A program made the position numbers and the translations under genes. Positions 61,007 through 64,000 of a stretch of 64,000 nt of DNA are shown one piece after another. The notes under the pieces were generated by a model, which had not been told where the DNA came from, ran no database searches, and saw nothing but the letters and a program-made list of their open reading frames with translations. Location: the NCBI GenBank assembly GCA_009914755.4, contig CP068257.2, positions 33,184,001-33,248,000 on the forward strand, read 5' to 3'. Position 1 is the first letter of the stretch; each line of letters starts with the position of its first letter. The DNA comes from the human T2T-CHM13v2.0 reference genome, Homo sapiens.

Positions 61007-61979
61007 CTGAGGTGGTTCTTTCAGCAAGAGAGTTACAAGTTTGGGGATGCAATACAAACGATTTTACCTCTCCAGATCTCAGTTTCCTCATCAGCAAAAT
61101 GAGGGGGGTTCATGGGATGCATGCAATGTCCCTTTCAACTCTCTGATTTCATCTTCCAAGAATGCAGCTGGCCTGAGATGCCCATAGCCATGTGCAGGCG
61201 GGCAGGTCCACGTGTGATTCTTCTGTTGCCTACAACTCTAGCACCTCAGTGACTTCATAAAAATACTGTATTTGTTTCCTGGGGCTGCTGTAATAAATTA
61301 TCACAAACTGGGTGGCTTACAACAATAGAAATTAAGACTTTCACAATTCTGGAAGTCAGAAGTCCCAAATCAAGGTGGCAGCAGGGCCACACTCCCCCTG
61401 AGGGCTCTAGGGAGGATCCTTGCCTCTTTCTCGCTTCGGATGGTGGCCAGCATTTCTTGGCGTTTCCTGACTTGCAGCTGCAGCACTCTAGCCTCTGCCT
61501 CCATCTTCACATGACTGTCTTCCTACTGGGTGTCCCCTCCCTCTTCTTAGAAGGACATCAGTCATTGGACTTATGGCCCACCCAAGTCCAGTATGACTTT
61601 ATCTCGATTACACCTGTAAATACCTTAAGCCATATTTTAAGGTTCTAGGTGGACATACACTTTTTGGAGAACACTATTTAACTCAGTACAAATAGCAATG
61701 TAGTAAGAGCTCCCATCATGGCTCTACCAGTGACAACTGCTCTACAGGCACGCGTGTGTTTTACCCTCTGGAACAGTCTTGCTCCGATAGTGGCTCTCCT
61801 ACCACCACGCTATCCACGACTACCCAAATGACAACAAAGAATGGTTGCATTCATAATACTGGCATTTTTAAGTCGTGTAGAACTCACAACTTTTTAAACA
61901 CCTTCCCATATACTATTTCATTTGGTCCTCACACCAATCTCATGAAATAAACAAGATGGATTTTATTGTTCTTGATGAA

Positions 61980-62100
61980 TAGGTAGCAAAGCTAAGGCCC
62001 AGAAAGGTTAAGTAATTTTCCCAAAGTCACACAGCTTTGATATACAGCAAAACTCATATCCCTGAGCTTTCTACTCACTGTTCTTCCGGTTATTATCCCT
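61980..62100 (-). mobile_element. MIR fragment
   Basis: ...ggcccagaaaggttaagtaattttcccaaagtcacacagctt... matches the reverse-complemented MIR (gaggttaagtaacttgcccaaggtcacacagc). Confidence 0.4.
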
Positions 62101-62352
62101 GAGGTCATAAATCTCCACCCGCAAACCCAATAGCACCAGTACAAGAAATCTGGACTGGAGATACTTTATCCACACCTACCACTGCCCCAAAAAGTAAAAT
62201 CTGACTCTGTGATTCTAATGTACCAATGGTACTCAACCTGGGTTATAGCTCAAAAGCATTTTCTTACTGAGCTGCGTTTGGGCCTCTGGCAGTTGAGCAC
62301 TCATGACACCCCATCTGGTAAACCACAGACTAACCTATATAATCAGGAGTAA

Positions 62353-62739
<387 letters not shown>

Positions 62740-63829
62740 TAGTAGGTGGGGCGTTTTGGCCAGTCATGTGGTTCTCCCTCACAAAGGGCTCTTGTTTACA
62801 GCTTTGGGTACAAGGACATTTGCTTATTATCTTACAGACACAGTGATGACTTCTTCACAGGTGTAGGTGACATTTTTCCACAGCACGAAAACTGCCTTAC
62901 ACGTCCTTTGTATTCTTCCAATGAGACCCAGCAGAGCCTTGATACTGGGCTGCAGTCAGCAACGGGCGCACCTGACAGGAGCCACATGCTCTGCCCTCCA
63001 CGTGGCCCTGCCCTCTCCGTGGCCCCACCCCATGGCGGCTGGGACACAGCCCTTCTTGGCCAGCATCTGCAGAAGTAGGATCTGTGCCTCGGGGCACACG
63101 TGTTATGAGCCAAATTCCCTCATTGAAATGACCTATAGGCCTGGTATTTTAAGTACATGGGTGTGGAGCACAAAAGACTCTCAAGTGTTTCTCCCAGCGA
63201 GCTGCAGCCGGAATAGTGAGAAATCACAGGAGAGCAAGGGAGGGCAGGTTGGCTAAATAGCAACGGCCCCAAAATGGGCTTTTCAGGACCCAGTGCAGGG
63301 GTGGAAGGATGGGGCTGCTGCCGAGAGGGCCGGTGTTTCTGTTGGCAGCCTGGAGGATCCAAGGCTCCCTGAAGCACTCACTGGCCTTGGTCTGGTGAGG
63401 CCAGCAGAGGCTTTGGTCAGTGCACAGATGGCCCCAGCACTGATCCTGTGTGTGCTGCTGGAAGTCGGCAGCTCTTGGTTCCAGAGGGGGCCACCACGGG
63501 GTCACAGGGTGGCCTGCATGGAAGGAAGCCAAGGAAAGGGGTAAACAAGGGGTAAACACCAAGTCCTTCCTCCTGCTCACTGAACCCTGACCACCACAGC
63601 AGCATCAGTTCCAGCCAGGGCTTGGGTTCCAGGAGGACCATTAGAAGACCATTAGAAGCACCAAACGACACTCATACTGAATAAGAAGGTGAGAACAAAA
63701 AACAACAGGGCAGATGAGGTTTGTCTTGATGTAGGCTTGGAAGCAGTGAGAGAGAAGAATTCCATATAAAATCCCATGAAGGTGGAAACACAGTGGTGAT
63801 TCATTCAGTGTGGACTCTCAAGGCAACCT

Positions 63830-63990
63830 ACTTAGGTTCAAAACCTCGCTCTGCCACTTGCTAGCTGTGTGACCTCAGGCAAGTTACTTGACCTCTCTGG
63901 GGCCTCAGCTTTGTCATCTGTAAAAGGGGGTTAATAACAGTCATTCCATCTCGTAGCATTGTTCTGCAGGTTAAATGGAATGCTGAATAT
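63830..63990 (+). mobile_element. MIR fragment
   Basis: ...gctgtgtgacctcaggcaagttacttgacctctctggggcctcagctttgtcatctgtaaaagggggttaataacagtcattcc... is a close match to the MIR core. Confidence 0.55.
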
Positions 63991-64000
63991 ACAAGCAGAG

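Overview
This window is primate, almost certainly human, nuclear DNA. It is not a prokaryotic or mobile-genetic-system locus. It contains at least 14 Alu elements with poly-A tails and target-site duplications, an old L1, MaLR/ERVL LTR elements, MIRs, and many micro- and minisatellites.

Three short exons on the minus strand translate exactly to consecutive parts of RUNX1 (AML1/CBFA2). They have canonical AG/GT splice sites and correct phase continuity.
- Exon 5: a 105-bp exon at 58345..58449 encodes (G)[34 protein letters not shown](R), the C-terminal end of the Runt domain.
- Exon 6: a 192-bp exon at 33005..33196 encodes (R)[63 protein letters not shown].
- Exon 7A: the alternative terminal exon begins at 20302 and encodes EEDTAPWRC followed by a stop, the RUNX1a-specific C-terminus.

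The window therefore runs from inside RUNX1 intron 6 (1..33004, with exon 7A embedded) through the whole of intron 5 (33197..58344, about 25.1 kb) into intron 4 (58450..64000). From established literature, intron 5 is the t(8;21) RUNX1-RUNX1T1 breakpoint cluster region in AML.

I found no CRISPR array, rRNA, tRNA, operon or defence system, and I do not see a previously undescribed system here. The six-frame ORFs are almost all spurious intronic or repeat read-throughs. The findings worth a second look are the exon assignment, the repeat architecture of the breakpoint-cluster intron (long AT-rich and CA-rich tracts, inverted Alu pairs), an unusually long polypyrimidine tract before the alternatively spliced 192-bp exon, and a repeat-poor possibly conserved block in intron 6. 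All coordinates of old repeats (MIR, L1 and LTR edges) are approximate.
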